A DNA stretch of 64,000 nt from an uncultured Bacilli bacterium (lineage in GTDB: Bacteria; Bacillota_I; Bacilli_A; RF39; UBA660), in assembly GCA_934085585.1 (NCBI GenBank), contig CAKOHI010000001.1, positions 76,172 to 140,171 of the forward strand, given 5' to 3'. The notes under the pieces were generated by a model. It searched no databases. It was not told where the DNA came from and worked only from the letters and a program-made list of their open reading frames with translations. This document shows, piece by piece, positions 49,258 through 58,756 of this stretch. The translations under genes were made by a program, and so were the position numbers. How positions within the stretch are numbered: position 1 is the stretch's first letter; each line of letters starts with the position of its first letter.

Positions 49258-50133
49258 ATGGAAAAAATTAATTACAAAGAAATAATTATTGATGGATGTT
49301 CTTTAGTGTTTGGATTATTTTTTTATGCTTTATGTTTTAATTTATTTTTAACTCCGAATGATTTGGTTGTTTCAGGTTTTAGTGGAGTATCAATTGTTAT
49401 GCAAAGACTTTTTGGATGGACGCCTTCAATATTTTTGTTATGTTCTAACATAATTTTATTAATAATTTGTTATATCTTTTTGGGTTGGAAAACTACCAAA
49501 AAAAATATTATTGGTTCACTTTTATATCCTTTGATGGTTATAATTACAACTCCGATTGCTTTGTTTTTAACTCCATATTTAATAACAGATGATTTTTATT
49601 TAACTTTGCTTTTTGCGATTGTCTTATATGGTATTAGTAGTGGTTTTATTTATAGAAGTGGTTTTACAGCTGGAGGATCTGATATTATAATGCAATTAAT
49701 TAATAAATACTGTAAAGTTAGTGAATCAAAGGCTATGTTATTTGCAAATGGCTTAATTATTCTTTGCGGAATGCTTGTTTTTGGTTTTACTAAAGGTGTT
49801 TATTCATTTATAATTTTATATTGTTCAACTTATTTTGTAGATAAAATTATGTTTGGCATATCTGATAGTAAATTATTTTATATTCATACAAAGAAAACTA
49901 GAAAGATTAAAAGCTTAATATTAAATGAATTTGAAACGGGATTTACCACAATACCAGGTACTGGTGGATATTCACATAAAAATGGTATCTTAATAATGTG
50001 TGCTGTATCTAATAATGATTATTATCAATTAAAGAAAAGAATATTAGAAATTGATCCGAATGCTTTTATGATTATTGATAAGTGTTATGAAGTAAATGGA
50101 GGAGTTAAAAGAAGTAATATTCCATTTTTATAA
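49258..50133 (+). CDS. YitT-family membrane protein (DUF161/DUF2179)
   Basis: Multi-TM N-terminal domain plus a C-terminal DUF2179-like soluble domain. Confidence 0.7.
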   Translation: MEKINYKEIIIDGCSLVFGLFFYALCFNLFLTPNDLVVSGFSGVSIVMQRLFGWTPSIFLLCSNIILLIICYIFLGWKTTKKNIIGSLLYPLMVIITTPIALFLTPYLITDDFYLTLLFAIVLYGISSGFIYRSGFTAGGSDIIMQLINKYCKVSESKAMLFANGLIILCGMLVFGFTKGVYSFIILYCSTYFVDKIMFGISDSKLFYIHTKKTRKIKSLILNEFETGFTTIPGTGGYSHKNGILIMCAVSNNDYYQLKKRILEIDPNAFMIIDKCYEVNGGVKRSNIPFL

Positions 50134-50164
50134 CATTTGTGATAAACTAGTATTGTGATTGCTT

Positions 50165-51118
50165 ATGAAAAAGATTGTTATATTTGGTGGGGGAAGTGGT
50201 CTTTCTCAACTCTTAAAAGGAATAAAGCTATTTCCGGTAGAAATAACTGCAGTAGTTTCCGTGGCTGACAATGGTGGAAGCACAGGACTTCTTCGTCGTG
50301 AGTTAAAAATACCTGCGGTCGGAGATATTACTAAAGTAATGTTAAGTATGGCTGATACAAATCAAGACGTTATAGATTTGATGAATTATAGATTTACTAA
50401 ATCAAAAACTTTGGGAATACATTCTGTAAAGAATTTGCTTTTGATTGCCTTGATGGATTTAAAGGGAAATTTTGCTAATGCAATGCCTGTGATGGAAAAA
50501 TTACTTGATGTAAAAGGAAATATTTTACCTTTAACTGAAGATAATGTTAATTTAGTAGGTATTACATCGAATGGAAAAAAGGTTATCGGAGAATATCAAT
50601 TAACTAAATGTGCAAGTAAAATTGTAGAAGTTAAATATGATAAAGATATAACTGTTAATCCAAAGGTTATAAAAGCTGTTAATGAAGCTGATTTAATTAT
50701 TTTTTCATCTGGAAGTCTTCTTACAAGTGTTGTGCCTCATTTAATTGATAAGGGTTTAGTTAATATAATAAATAAAGCTAAAGCAGAAAAAGTTTATATT
50801 TGTAATTTATTTACTCAACCTGGAGAAACTGATGATTTTACTGTCAAAGATCATATTGATTATATAGAAAAATATCTAGGTAAAGGTAATTTAGATGTTG
50901 TAATTGCTAATAATGAAATAATAAATAGTGATTTAGCAGAAAAGTATGCAACGGAAGAACAAAAAGATCCGGTTATTTTAGATATGCACGAACTTGTTGA
51001 TAGTGATATTTATGTTATTCAAGATAAATTGTTTACTATTGAAGATGGTTGGTATAGACATGATGCTTTAAAAACAGGTTATTTGTTATTTTCATATTTA
51101 ATGGATGGTAGAAAATGA
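50165..51118 (+). CDS. yvcK: gluconeogenesis factor / UPF0052 family protein YvcK
   Basis: IVIFGGGSGLSQLLKG start and VSVADNGGSTG motif. Confidence 0.85.
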   Translation: MKKIVIFGGGSGLSQLLKGIKLFPVEITAVVSVADNGGSTGLLRRELKIPAVGDITKVMLSMADTNQDVIDLMNYRFTKSKTLGIHSVKNLLLIALMDLKGNFANAMPVMEKLLDVKGNILPLTEDNVNLVGITSNGKKVIGEYQLTKCASKIVEVKYDKDITVNPKVIKAVNEADLIIFSSGSLLTSVVPHLIDKGLVNIINKAKAEKVYICNLFTQPGETDDFTVKDHIDYIEKYLGKGNLDVVIANNEIINSDLAEKYATEEQKDPVILDMHELVDSDIYVIQDKLFTIEDGWYRHDALKTGYLLFSYLMDGRK

Positions 51119-52053
51119 CTTTTACAACTAGTATAAAAGAAGAAATTGCTAAAACTGATATTAATGTAATTGAAGCTAGATATGAGCTTATTGCATTTTT
51201 AAATAGTGTGGCAAAATTTAATAAAGATGAAATAAATATTACACTTGAAAACGCAAGTATTACTAGAAGAATATATAAAGAGATAAAAGAAATATATGAT
51301 GTTAATCCAAATATAATAATACGAATTCAAAAGAGATTTAAAGTAAAACAAATATATATATTAAATATTAAAGATAAAGTGGAATTTATAAAAAAGGATA
51401 TTAGTTTGGGAACAAAAATAAATGTTGAAGATTTAGTTAGTGATGAAGAAAAAATTGCTTTTTTACAAGGAGCATTTTTGGCAAGTGGTAATATTTCAAA
51501 TCCTAGTACAAGTGGTTATCATATGGAATTTATATTTACTAAAGAAAGATTAGCTAAACAAGTATTGAATCTACTTACATATTTTAATTTAAATGCTAAA
51601 ATTATAAAAAGAGGTTATAAAAATATTGTTTATATAAAAGCTAGTGAACATATAAGTGATTTAATAAAGAGATTTAAAGCTATAAATTCATTGTTTTATT
51701 TTGAAGATATAAGAATATATAGAGATCATAAAAATATGGTTAATAGACTAAATAATTGTGAAATTGCTAATCAAGAAAAGACATTTAGAACTGGACAAAT
51801 TCAACTTGCTAATATTAATTATTTAAAAGATAATGATTTATATAATTTACTTGATGAAAAATCACAGATAGTTGCTAATGCTAGAGAAAAATATCCAGAG
51901 GTTTCAATGCAAGAGCTTGCTGATATTATAACTTTAGAAGAAGGATATAAAATTGGAAAATCTGGAGTTAATCATCATTTTATTAAAATAGCTAATTTAG
52001 TAAAAAGACATAAAGAAAGAAGTGATTGTAATGGTGGTAAGACTAGCTGCTGA
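51115..52053 (+). CDS. whiA: DNA-binding protein WhiA
   Basis: Degenerate LAGLIDADG-type N-terminal domain and C-terminal HTH; conserved yvcK-whiA linkage. Confidence 0.85.
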   Translation: MTFTTSIKEEIAKTDINVIEARYELIAFLNSVAKFNKDEINITLENASITRRIYKEIKEIYDVNPNIIIRIQKRFKVKQIYILNIKDKVEFIKKDISLGTKINVEDLVSDEEKIAFLQGAFLASGNISNPSTSGYHMEFIFTKERLAKQVLNLLTYFNLNAKIIKRGYKNIVYIKASEHISDLIKRFKAINSLFYFEDIRIYRDHKNMVNRLNNCEIANQEKTFRTGQIQLANINYLKDNDLYNLLDEKSQIVANAREKYPEVSMQELADIITLEEGYKIGKSGVNHHFIKIANLVKRHKERSDCNGGKTSC

Positions 52054-52528
52054 TATACAACCTGATAGCATATTAGATGGTAGTGGAATTAGAACTGTTA
52101 TATGGTTTCAAGGTTGTTTACATAATTGTAAAGGTTGTCAAAATCCTGAAACACATGATTTAAATGGTGGTATTGTTTTTGATGTTGATGAAATAAAGAA
52201 AAAACTTAAAAAATTGAAATATCAAAGCGGTATTACTTTATCTGGTGGAGATCCTTTTTTTCAACCAGATGCTGCCTTGGAAATAGCTAAATTTGCTAAA
52301 GAAATTGGATTAAATATTTGGGCTTATACGGGTTTTACATATGAAGCTTTACTTAATGGCGATAAAAAAAGATTGGAATTACTAAAGCTGGTAGATGTAT
52401 TAGTTGATGGCAAATTTATAATGGATAAAAAAAGTTTAAACTGTAAATTTAGAGGAAGTACAAATCAAAGATTAATTGATGTAAAGAAAAGTTTGGAAAA
52501 TGGTGGTGTGGTTTTATATGATGTTTGA
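52031..52528 (+). CDS. nrdG: anaerobic ribonucleoside-triphosphate reductase activating protein (radical SAM)
   Basis: DGSGIRTVIWFQGCLHNCKGCQNPET motif (CxxxCxxC cluster). Confidence 0.8.
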   Translation: MVVRLAADIQPDSILDGSGIRTVIWFQGCLHNCKGCQNPETHDLNGGIVFDVDEIKKKLKKLKYQSGITLSGGDPFFQPDAALEIAKFAKEIGLNIWAYTGFTYEALLNGDKKRLELLKLVDVLVDGKFIMDKKSLNCKFRGSTNQRLIDVKKSLENGGVVLYDV

Positions 52529-52994
52529 TGAAGGTGTTAATTATACAATACTTGCTAATAATGCAGATAAGGTTTTTATGTCAAAACTGGGAAGTTTTCC
52601 AATTATTGAAGGAGACTTTAGTTATGAAAAATTAAAAGAAAAATTAGAAATGTTTCCGAATAAAAGATTAATTTTTAAAAATAGTTTGTATGGATTAAAA
52701 AAAGAAGAAAAAAAAGACATTATAAATTTATTAGCTAAACAAAATATTAATTTTGTAAATGTTACTTGTGATGTAGAAGAATCAATATTAAGTGATTATA
52801 TAGTTGTTTATGATGAAGATAAAAAAGTATTAGAAGGAAATATGGAATCAGTATTAAGAAATGAAAAAGTGTTAAAAAAATTAGGTTTTGGTGTTCCTTT
52901 TGTAGTTGATTTATCAATACAACTTAATTATTATGATGTTTTAAAAAGAGTTTATTTTGATTTAGATGAATTAGTAGGTGTTTTATGGAATTAA
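52518..52994 (+). CDS. degenerate EcfA-like protein lacking Walker motifs (about 158 aa)
   Basis: C-terminal segment VLEGNMESVLRNEKVLKKLGFGVPFVVDLSIQL resembles the EcfA C-terminal tail; no P-loop present. Confidence 0.4.
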   Translation: MMFDEGVNYTILANNADKVFMSKLGSFPIIEGDFSYEKLKEKLEMFPNKRLIFKNSLYGLKKEEKKDIINLLAKQNINFVNVTCDVEESILSDYIVVYDEDKKVLEGNMESVLRNEKVLKKLGFGVPFVVDLSIQLNYYDVLKRVYFDLDELVGVLWN

Positions 52995-53527
52995 AGGGAA
53001 GTATTATTGGTATTGTAAGCAATGATTATATAGAAGAAGGATTAAAGGGAACGGTTAAGGATATAGTTCTAAAAAAAAGTAGTGATGCTTTAAAGATGGT
53101 GGGACTTGATGATTCATATTTAGATAAAGATTTTAGTGATTTATCAGATAGAGATAAGAATAAAATTATTTTAGCAAGTAAGTTACAAAATAAAGAAATA
53201 AAATTAATAAATTTTAGTAAAGGGTTAACTAATAAAGATATTGAATTTTTTAAAAAATTATTTAAAAAAATTGTTAGTTATGGAAGAAAAATTATTTTAG
53301 TTGATAAAAATAGTAATATGTTTATGAATTGTGTTGATAACTTATATGTTATTAACAAAGAAATAATTTTAGAAACAGATGATTTATATAATGAGGAATT
53401 AAAAAAATATATAGATGTTCCAAGTATTGTTGAATTTACACATAAATCTTTAGAAAATGGAATTAAGTTAAATCATTATAATGATTTAGATGATTTGTTG
53501 AAAGCTATTTATAGGATTAAATCATGA
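52985..53527 (+). CDS. degenerate ABC/EcfA-like pseudo-ATPase (180 aa)
   Basis: A degenerate Walker-A-like segment GSIIGIVSNDYIEEG and an LSDRDKNKIILASKL segment where the ABC signature (LSGGQ) would be expected; located where ecfA1-ecfA2-ecfT normally precede truA. Confidence 0.45.
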   Translation: MELKGSIIGIVSNDYIEEGLKGTVKDIVLKKSSDALKMVGLDDSYLDKDFSDLSDRDKNKIILASKLQNKEIKLINFSKGLTNKDIEFFKKLFKKIVSYGRKIILVDKNSNMFMNCVDNLYVINKEIILETDDLYNEELKKYIDVPSIVEFTHKSLENGIKLNHYNDLDDLLKAIYRIKS

Positions 53528-54240
53528 GATATTTAATTAGATTTAGTTATGCTGGTACAAAGTTTCATGGCTTTCAAAGACAAAATGATGTTAGAAATGT
53601 TCAAGGTACATTAGAGAATATTTTATCTAATGTTTTAAAGGAAAATATTCTTATTAAAGGGAGTGGAAGAACTGATGCTGGTGTTCATGCTCATGATCAA
53701 TGTGCTCATTTTGATTGTAGTGGTAAAATTTTATTTAAAGATATTGAAAAAATAAATTATTTGTTAGGTAAAGATATTGTTATTAATAAATGTGTACCTG
53801 TTAAAGATGAATTTCATGCTAGATATGATGTTAAAAAGAAGATGTATGTTTATAAAATAAATAATGGAAAATATAAAAATGAATATGAAGGATATTATTA
53901 TCAATCTAAATGTAATTATGATATAAAAAAGATGAAAAAAGCTAGTAAATTATTAATAGGGACTCATGATTATCATAATTTTGTTAGTGGTTATAGAGAT
54001 GAATATACCTCGACGATTTATAAAATTAGTATTAAGAAACGTGGAGATATTATTATTTTAAAGTTTATTGGTATTGGCTTTTATAGATATATGGTAAGAC
54101 ATTTAGTTGGGTCTTTACTTGATGTTGGTAAAGGTAAAGTAGATGTACATGTTATTGAAAATATGCTAGATAAAGATATTAATAAAACTTTAAGTGTCGT
54201 TCCAGCGGATGGTTTGTATTTAGAAAAAATTTGGTTTTAA
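53524..54240 (+). CDS. truA: tRNA pseudouridine(38-40) synthase TruA
   Basis: YAGTKFHGFQRQ start and catalytic motif GSGRTDAGVHA. Confidence 0.85.
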   Translation: MRYLIRFSYAGTKFHGFQRQNDVRNVQGTLENILSNVLKENILIKGSGRTDAGVHAHDQCAHFDCSGKILFKDIEKINYLLGKDIVINKCVPVKDEFHARYDVKKKMYVYKINNGKYKNEYEGYYYQSKCNYDIKKMKKASKLLIGTHDYHNFVSGYRDEYTSTIYKISIKKRGDIIILKFIGIGFYRYMVRHLVGSLLDVGKGKVDVHVIENMLDKDINKTLSVVPADGLYLEKIWF

Positions 54241-54354
54241 AAATAGCGGAGTATGTTTGTATTTTGCTATTTTATATTTATTTTTTTGTTTCTTCGATAA
54301 ACAAAACACAAACAATTAAAAAGACTTGAAAATTGTTTGTCAAAAATGGCCAAT

Positions 54355-54383
54355 TTGACAAAATACGTAAAATGTTGTATAAT
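54355..54383 (+). promoter_or_regulatory. consensus sigma-A promoter overlapped by an inverted-repeat operator
   Basis: TTGACA, 17-bp spacer, TATAAT (perfect consensus); inverted repeat TTGTCAAA-N9-TTTGACAA at 54337-54361 overlaps the -35 element. Confidence 0.55.
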
Positions 54384-54406
54384 GTGTCTAATTAGAGGGG
54401 GATTTT

Positions 54407-54697
54407 ATGGATAATACTAAAAATACTTGCCGTTTAAATATGTTTAATCTTGTTACCTTGGATGACGATAAAAAATATTTAGTGGTAAATACTATAAAAG
54501 TTGACAACAATAATTATGTTTTATTGGTTGAAGAAAACAATGTTAATAATTCAAAGCTGCTTGAGGAAGTTTTGGTAGACGGTGAACTTATTTTAAGAGA
54601 AGTTTTAGATGAAATAAAATTAGAAAAAATTAAACTACAAGTTTTAAAAAATAGTGCGGAAATACTTAAAAAATTAAAATCAGAAAATATAGTTTAG
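54407..54697 (+). CDS. DUF1292-like small acidic protein (96 aa)
   Basis: Composition and pattern (L..LVTLDDDKKYLVV...YVLLVEEN...) resemble the DUF1292/UPF0473 family. Confidence 0.45.
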   Translation: MDNTKNTCRLNMFNLVTLDDDKKYLVVNTIKVDNNNYVLLVEENNVNNSKLLEEVLVDGELILREVLDEIKLEKIKLQVLKNSAEILKKLKSENIV

Positions 54698-54709
54698 GGG
54701 GAATTTGAA

Positions 54710-55282
54710 ATGGAAAAGGAAAAAGAAATTAAAACACCCAGAGAATATAAAATAAAGAAAATAGAAGAATTGAAGGAAAAATTGCCAGAACGTTGGGAAG
54801 AAATTGCATTTAAATTTTTGAATTTCATATATGTGTGGAATATTAATGGTGTAGAAAAATCTACATTCCAACCACTTTTTTCAATTATGCCAATTGTTGT
54901 TTTGACAGCTTTTCTAAATAAGAAAATTTATAAATATCGTAATTTAATGGAAATAGATAAGTTAGAAACAGATTTGAAATTAGATGGAGTAACAGAAAGC
55001 GAGTTTATAAAAATACTTGAAGATAAAAAACAAGAATTGTCTGAATTAAACGATGATAATTATAGTAAATTTATTTTTTATGGTGCTTTAGGAATTATAT
55101 CAATCATATCGGCATGTGCTCTACAAGCTTTGGATGCCCCGATGCCTTTATTATCTTTGGTTTCAGCGTATGGTTTTTTAGAATTTATTGATAAAAATTA
55201 TGAAATGAGAGAAATCGATGCAAGAATTAATCAAGTTGAAGAAAAACAAGAAATGTTTGAATTAACAAGAAAAAGAAAATAA
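54710..55282 (+). CDS. hypothetical membrane protein (190 aa)
   Basis: Three hydrophobic segments with charged helical linkers; GGGGG RBS. Confidence 0.5.
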   Translation: MEKEKEIKTPREYKIKKIEELKEKLPERWEEIAFKFLNFIYVWNINGVEKSTFQPLFSIMPIVVLTAFLNKKIYKYRNLMEIDKLETDLKLDGVTESEFIKILEDKKQELSELNDDNYSKFIFYGALGIISIISACALQALDAPMPLLSLVSAYGFLEFIDKNYEMREIDARINQVEEKQEMFELTRKRK

Positions 55283-55495
55283 TATACAATATGAAGAAAA
55301 ATGAAAAAATTAGATAATACTGTTCTTGCAAAAGAACTTAAATATATTGTTCAAAGTAATGATGGTTCAATATTGTAGGGCAAAAAAATTACTAATATAG
55401 TGGTAAAATTGATGATGATGAGTTAATATCTAGAGATGATTTTGCTCTTAAAATAGTAAAAATGTAATAAAATTTTGAAAAATGGCTAAAAAGAT

Positions 55496-55524
55496 TTGAC
55501 TTTTTGCTATTTTTTTCATATAAT
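55496..55524 (+). promoter_or_regulatory. sigma-A promoter of the rplM-rpsI operon
   Basis: TTGACT, 17-bp spacer, TATAAT. Confidence 0.55.
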
Positions 55525-55602
55525 TTTAATCGGTACATTTTATTTATGTGATTTGTTTAGTCGTGGGAAAATTAAACAATGAACATAGTGAAAGGATTAG
55601 TA

Positions 55603-56034
55603 ATGAAAACATTTATGCAAAAAAAAGAAAATATCGAACGTAACTGGTATGTAATTGATGCTGAAGGTAAAACTTTAGGTCGTGTTGCAACTAAAGCTGC
55701 TCATGTATTACGTGGAAAACACAAAGTTACTTATACTCCATATGTTGATTGTGGAGATTATGTAATTATTGTAAACGCTGATAAAGTAGTTTTAACTGGT
55801 AATAAACTAGAAGATAAGAAATATTATAATCATAGTGGATTCCCAGGAGGATTAAGAGAACGTAATGCTAAAGAAATGATTGAAAAATACCCAGAAGAAA
55901 TGGTTGAAAGAGCTGTTAAAGGTATGCTTCCTCACAATAGATTAGGAAGAGCTATGGGTAAAAAATTATTTGTATATCGTGATGCAAATCATAAGCATGA
56001 AGCTCAAAAGCCAAAGGCTTTAGAAATTAATTAG
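55603..56034 (+). CDS. rplM: 50S ribosomal protein L13
   Basis: [29 protein letters not shown] matches the L13 N-terminus; the ORF-track start lies upstream. Confidence 0.9.
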   Translation: MKTFMQKKENIERNWYVIDAEGKTLGRVATKAAHVLRGKHKVTYTPYVDCGDYVIIVNADKVVLTGNKLEDKKYYNHSGFPGGLRERNAKEMIEKYPEEMVERAVKGMLPHNRLGRAMGKKLFVYRDANHKHEAQKPKALEIN

Positions 56035-56042
56035 GAGGAATT

Positions 56043-56462
56043 ATGGCTAAAAAACAAGAATGGACAGCAACTGGTAGAAGAAAAAGAAGTGTAGCAAGAG
56101 TTAGACTTGTAGGTGGTACTGGTAATATTACTGTTAATGGTGTTGATGTTAATGACTATATGCCTTATGCAACATTAGTAATGGATTTAAAACAACCATT
56201 AGTAGCTACTGGAAATGAAAACAGATTTGACATTGATATTAATGTTAAAGGTGGTGGATTTTCTGGACAAACTGGAGCAATCCGTTTAGGTATTACAAGA
56301 GCATTATTATTATTTGATGCTAATACTGATCAAACTAGAGAAGATAGCTATAGACATATTCTTAAAAATGCTGGATTTATTACAAGAGATCCAAGAGTTA
56401 AAGAACGTAAGAAATATGGTCTTAAAAAAGCAAGAAGAGCTCCACAATTTAGTAAACGTTAG
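56043..56462 (+). CDS. rpsI: 30S ribosomal protein S9
   Basis: [10 protein letters not shown] motif and C-terminal [14 protein letters not shown]. Confidence 0.9.
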   Translation: MAKKQEWTATGRRKRSVARVRLVGGTGNITVNGVDVNDYMPYATLVMDLKQPLVATGNENRFDIDINVKGGGFSGQTGAIRLGITRALLLFDANTDQTREDSYRHILKNAGFITRDPRVKERKKYGLKKARRAPQFSKR

Positions 56463-56475
56463 TAGATATTTATTT

Positions 56476-56497
56476 CCACGGGTTTCCGTGGTTTTTC
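56476..56497 (+). terminator. rho-independent terminator after rpsI
   Basis: CCACGG-GTTT-CCGTGG hairpin followed by T5. Confidence 0.6.
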
Positions 56498-56627
56498 TTT
56501 GTAAAAAATGTAAAGTTTTTTATTTGCAATATTGTATATACTAAAATAAAATGATAGAATAAATTTATAGATAATAGCTAGTGAAAAGTTTATTTATTGA
56601 CTAGCTTTTAATTAAGTAGGTGATATT

Positions 56628-58643
56628 ATGAAATTTTTAAAAGAAAAAAAAGGATTTTCTTTAACAGAGTTGATCGCTGTTTTAGTAATTTTGTCTATTT
56701 TAATAACTTTAGGGGTTGCCATATATATGAATACTAGAAATAGTGTTTTAAATAAGTCATATGAAAATTTAAAAACTTATTTAGAAGCAAAAGCTATTGA
56801 GTATGCAAATGAAACTAGTATCACTACGATTAGTGTTGAAGATTTAATTAAAAATGGATATGTTATACCTGATGATCAAACTGATATTTATAATCCAATT
56901 AATAGAGAAAGTATGAATTGCTTTATTATAAAATCTAAATTAGTTGATGGAGAATATATTGCTGAATTATCTGAAAATTTGGATCGTAATAGTGAAGGTA
57001 AATGTAATGAATATACTCAAACAAGTGATTTCCAAATTTGTAGATTTGATGAAGAAAAAAATGAATGTTTAGATATTGATGAAAATTATTGGTTTAATGA
57101 TAATATATTCTTGGGAGTTAAGAAAATTAATGTTGATTTGACTAATGCAAAATATAGTTGGAGTAATAATATGGGATTTTCTGATGATAAAGAAATAATT
57201 AAAACTAATGTTGTATCAGTAAGTAGTAGTATTTATAAATGCGAGATAGTTTTGTCAAATAATGAGAATGGTGTAGCTACAAAGAAAATCCAAATAGATA
57301 AAGAACCACCACAAATTAAAGAAATCATTTTTGATAAAAATGTAAGTACCAAAAAAATTGTAGAGATTATTGCTAGTGATGGTACTGGTTCTGGTATAGG
57401 TGGATATAAAATTGTTAAAAATGGAGAAGCTTGTGAAGGTACTTTTGAAAAAGATAATAAAATATCTGTAACTGAAAAAGGTAATTATACAGTTTGTGTA
57501 AAAGATAAAGCGGGTAATGTAGCAAAAAAAGAAAATATAGATATTACTTCGATTGATAATACACAAATAAAAATAACATCTAAAGGCTCTGATACGATTT
57601 TTGTTGGAGTTAACAATGAAACAATATCTTATTTTAATGTAGAATACCCTGATAGTGGTGGTTATGTGATTTGTGATCCTGAAACCACTGGAAAATTAAA
57701 GGTTGGCAAACATACCCTTAAATGTACTGCTTATGGGAATAATGGTACAAAAGCAGAAGCTACAAGTGAATTGACAGTAAAATCTAGAATTCCTTCAACT
57801 CCTAAAATTGTAGCAAAATATGAAAATAGAAATGGTGCTGTATATACTGGTGCTTTAACTAATAAATCAATATTTGTTAGTTTTGAACCGGGAGAAGAAA
57901 CGGATCTTGTTACTAACTATTATTATAAGTATGGAAATGGTTCTTGGCAAAGTCCTAGTTGGATTTCTATGAATAATAGTGTTGGAACTTTTACTTATAC
58001 TACTGATATTGATAAAACGGTTTATATTAAAGCTTGTTATAAGGATGAAAGTGGTGAGAAATGTAGTGCCTCTTCTTCTGGTCAAGTTTTAAGAATTGAT
58101 AAAACATCACCGACATGTAAATTATCTGTTGGAAGTACAGTTTCAATAGGAACTAAATCATCTGATGTAGCTAAATATGGCGTTTCTAGAAGCTCTACGG
58201 TAAGTTATGGTACTTCAAGTTTAAGTACAAGTACAGGTACATTTTATGGATATGTTATAGATAACGCTGGTAATACTGGAAACTGTAGTGCATCTGTAAC
58301 TAGTACAACTAAAGTTGAAATAAATAGTACGTGTTCGGAGGATTGCAGTAAAACTGAACCAGTATGTAAGTATGTTTGTTATAGATATATGACAGATGAA
58401 GAAAAGAAAAAGAATAAATGTAATGGAACTGCATTAGAACCAAGTTATGGTACTTGTTGGAGGTGGAGTTCAACATCAAATTGTACATCCCCACTTCCGT
58501 ATCGTGATACATCACCAAATGCTACACAATGTCAATCAGTAAACGTTCCAAGTACCTGTGATGTTCCATGTGTTAAAACTAGCTATACATGTTCTAGTGG
58601 TTACTCAAAAGCTAATAATAGTTATTGCTATAAATTAAGTTAA
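56628..58643 (+). CDS. large type IV pilin-like / competence pseudopilin-like protein (671 aa) with Cys-rich C-terminus
   Basis: Class III prepilin leader and N-methylation motif KKGFSLTELIAVLVILSILITLGVAIY (G|FSLTE); large Ig-like, Thr/Ser-rich extracellular region; C-terminal segment with more than 20 Cys. Confidence 0.65.
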   Translation: MKFLKEKKGFSLTELIAVLVILSILITLGVAIYMNTRNSVLNKSYENLKTYLEAKAIEYANETSITTISVEDLIKNGYVIPDDQTDIYNPINRESMNCFIIKSKLVDGEYIAELSENLDRNSEGKCNEYTQTSDFQICRFDEEKNECLDIDENYWFNDNIFLGVKKINVDLTNAKYSWSNNMGFSDDKEIIKTNVVSVSSSIYKCEIVLSNNENGVATKKIQIDKEPPQIKEIIFDKNVSTKKIVEIIASDGTGSGIGGYKIVKNGEACEGTFEKDNKISVTEKGNYTVCVKDKAGNVAKKENIDITSIDNTQIKITSKGSDTIFVGVNNETISYFNVEYPDSGGYVICDPETTGKLKVGKHTLKCTAYGNNGTKAEATSELTVKSRIPSTPKIVAKYENRNGAVYTGALTNKSIFVSFEPGEETDLVTNYYYKYGNGSWQSPSWISMNNSVGTFTYTTDIDKTVYIKACYKDESGEKCSASSSGQVLRIDKTSPTCKLSVGSTVSIGTKSSDVAKYGVSRSSTVSYGTSSLSTSTGTFYGYVIDNAGNTGNCSASVTSTTKVEINSTCSEDCSKTEPVCKYVCYRYMTDEEKKKNKCNGTALEPSYGTCWRWSSTSNCTSPLPYRDTSPNATQCQSVNVPSTCDVPCVKTSYTCSSGYSKANNSYCYKLS

Positions 58644-58756
58644 ATTAATTCAAGGTATAATCCTTGGATTTTTTTAAAATTTACTTGATAGCTAAAAAAA
58701 CGTGTGTTACAATATGGTTGTTTTATATTTTAATATCATTAATAAGTGAGGTATAT

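Noticed and set aside
55283-55450. Short ORF (MKKLDNTVLAKELKYIVQSNDGSIL, 25 aa) upstream of rplM
   Set aside because: No RBS, very short, no conservation cue; more likely leader sequence of the rplM operon.
57255-58518. Three minus-strand ORFs (103, 72 and 69 aa) inside the pilin-like gene
   Set aside because: Antisense to a long, well-supported ORF; Ile/Phe/Asn-rich composition typical of AT-rich noise.
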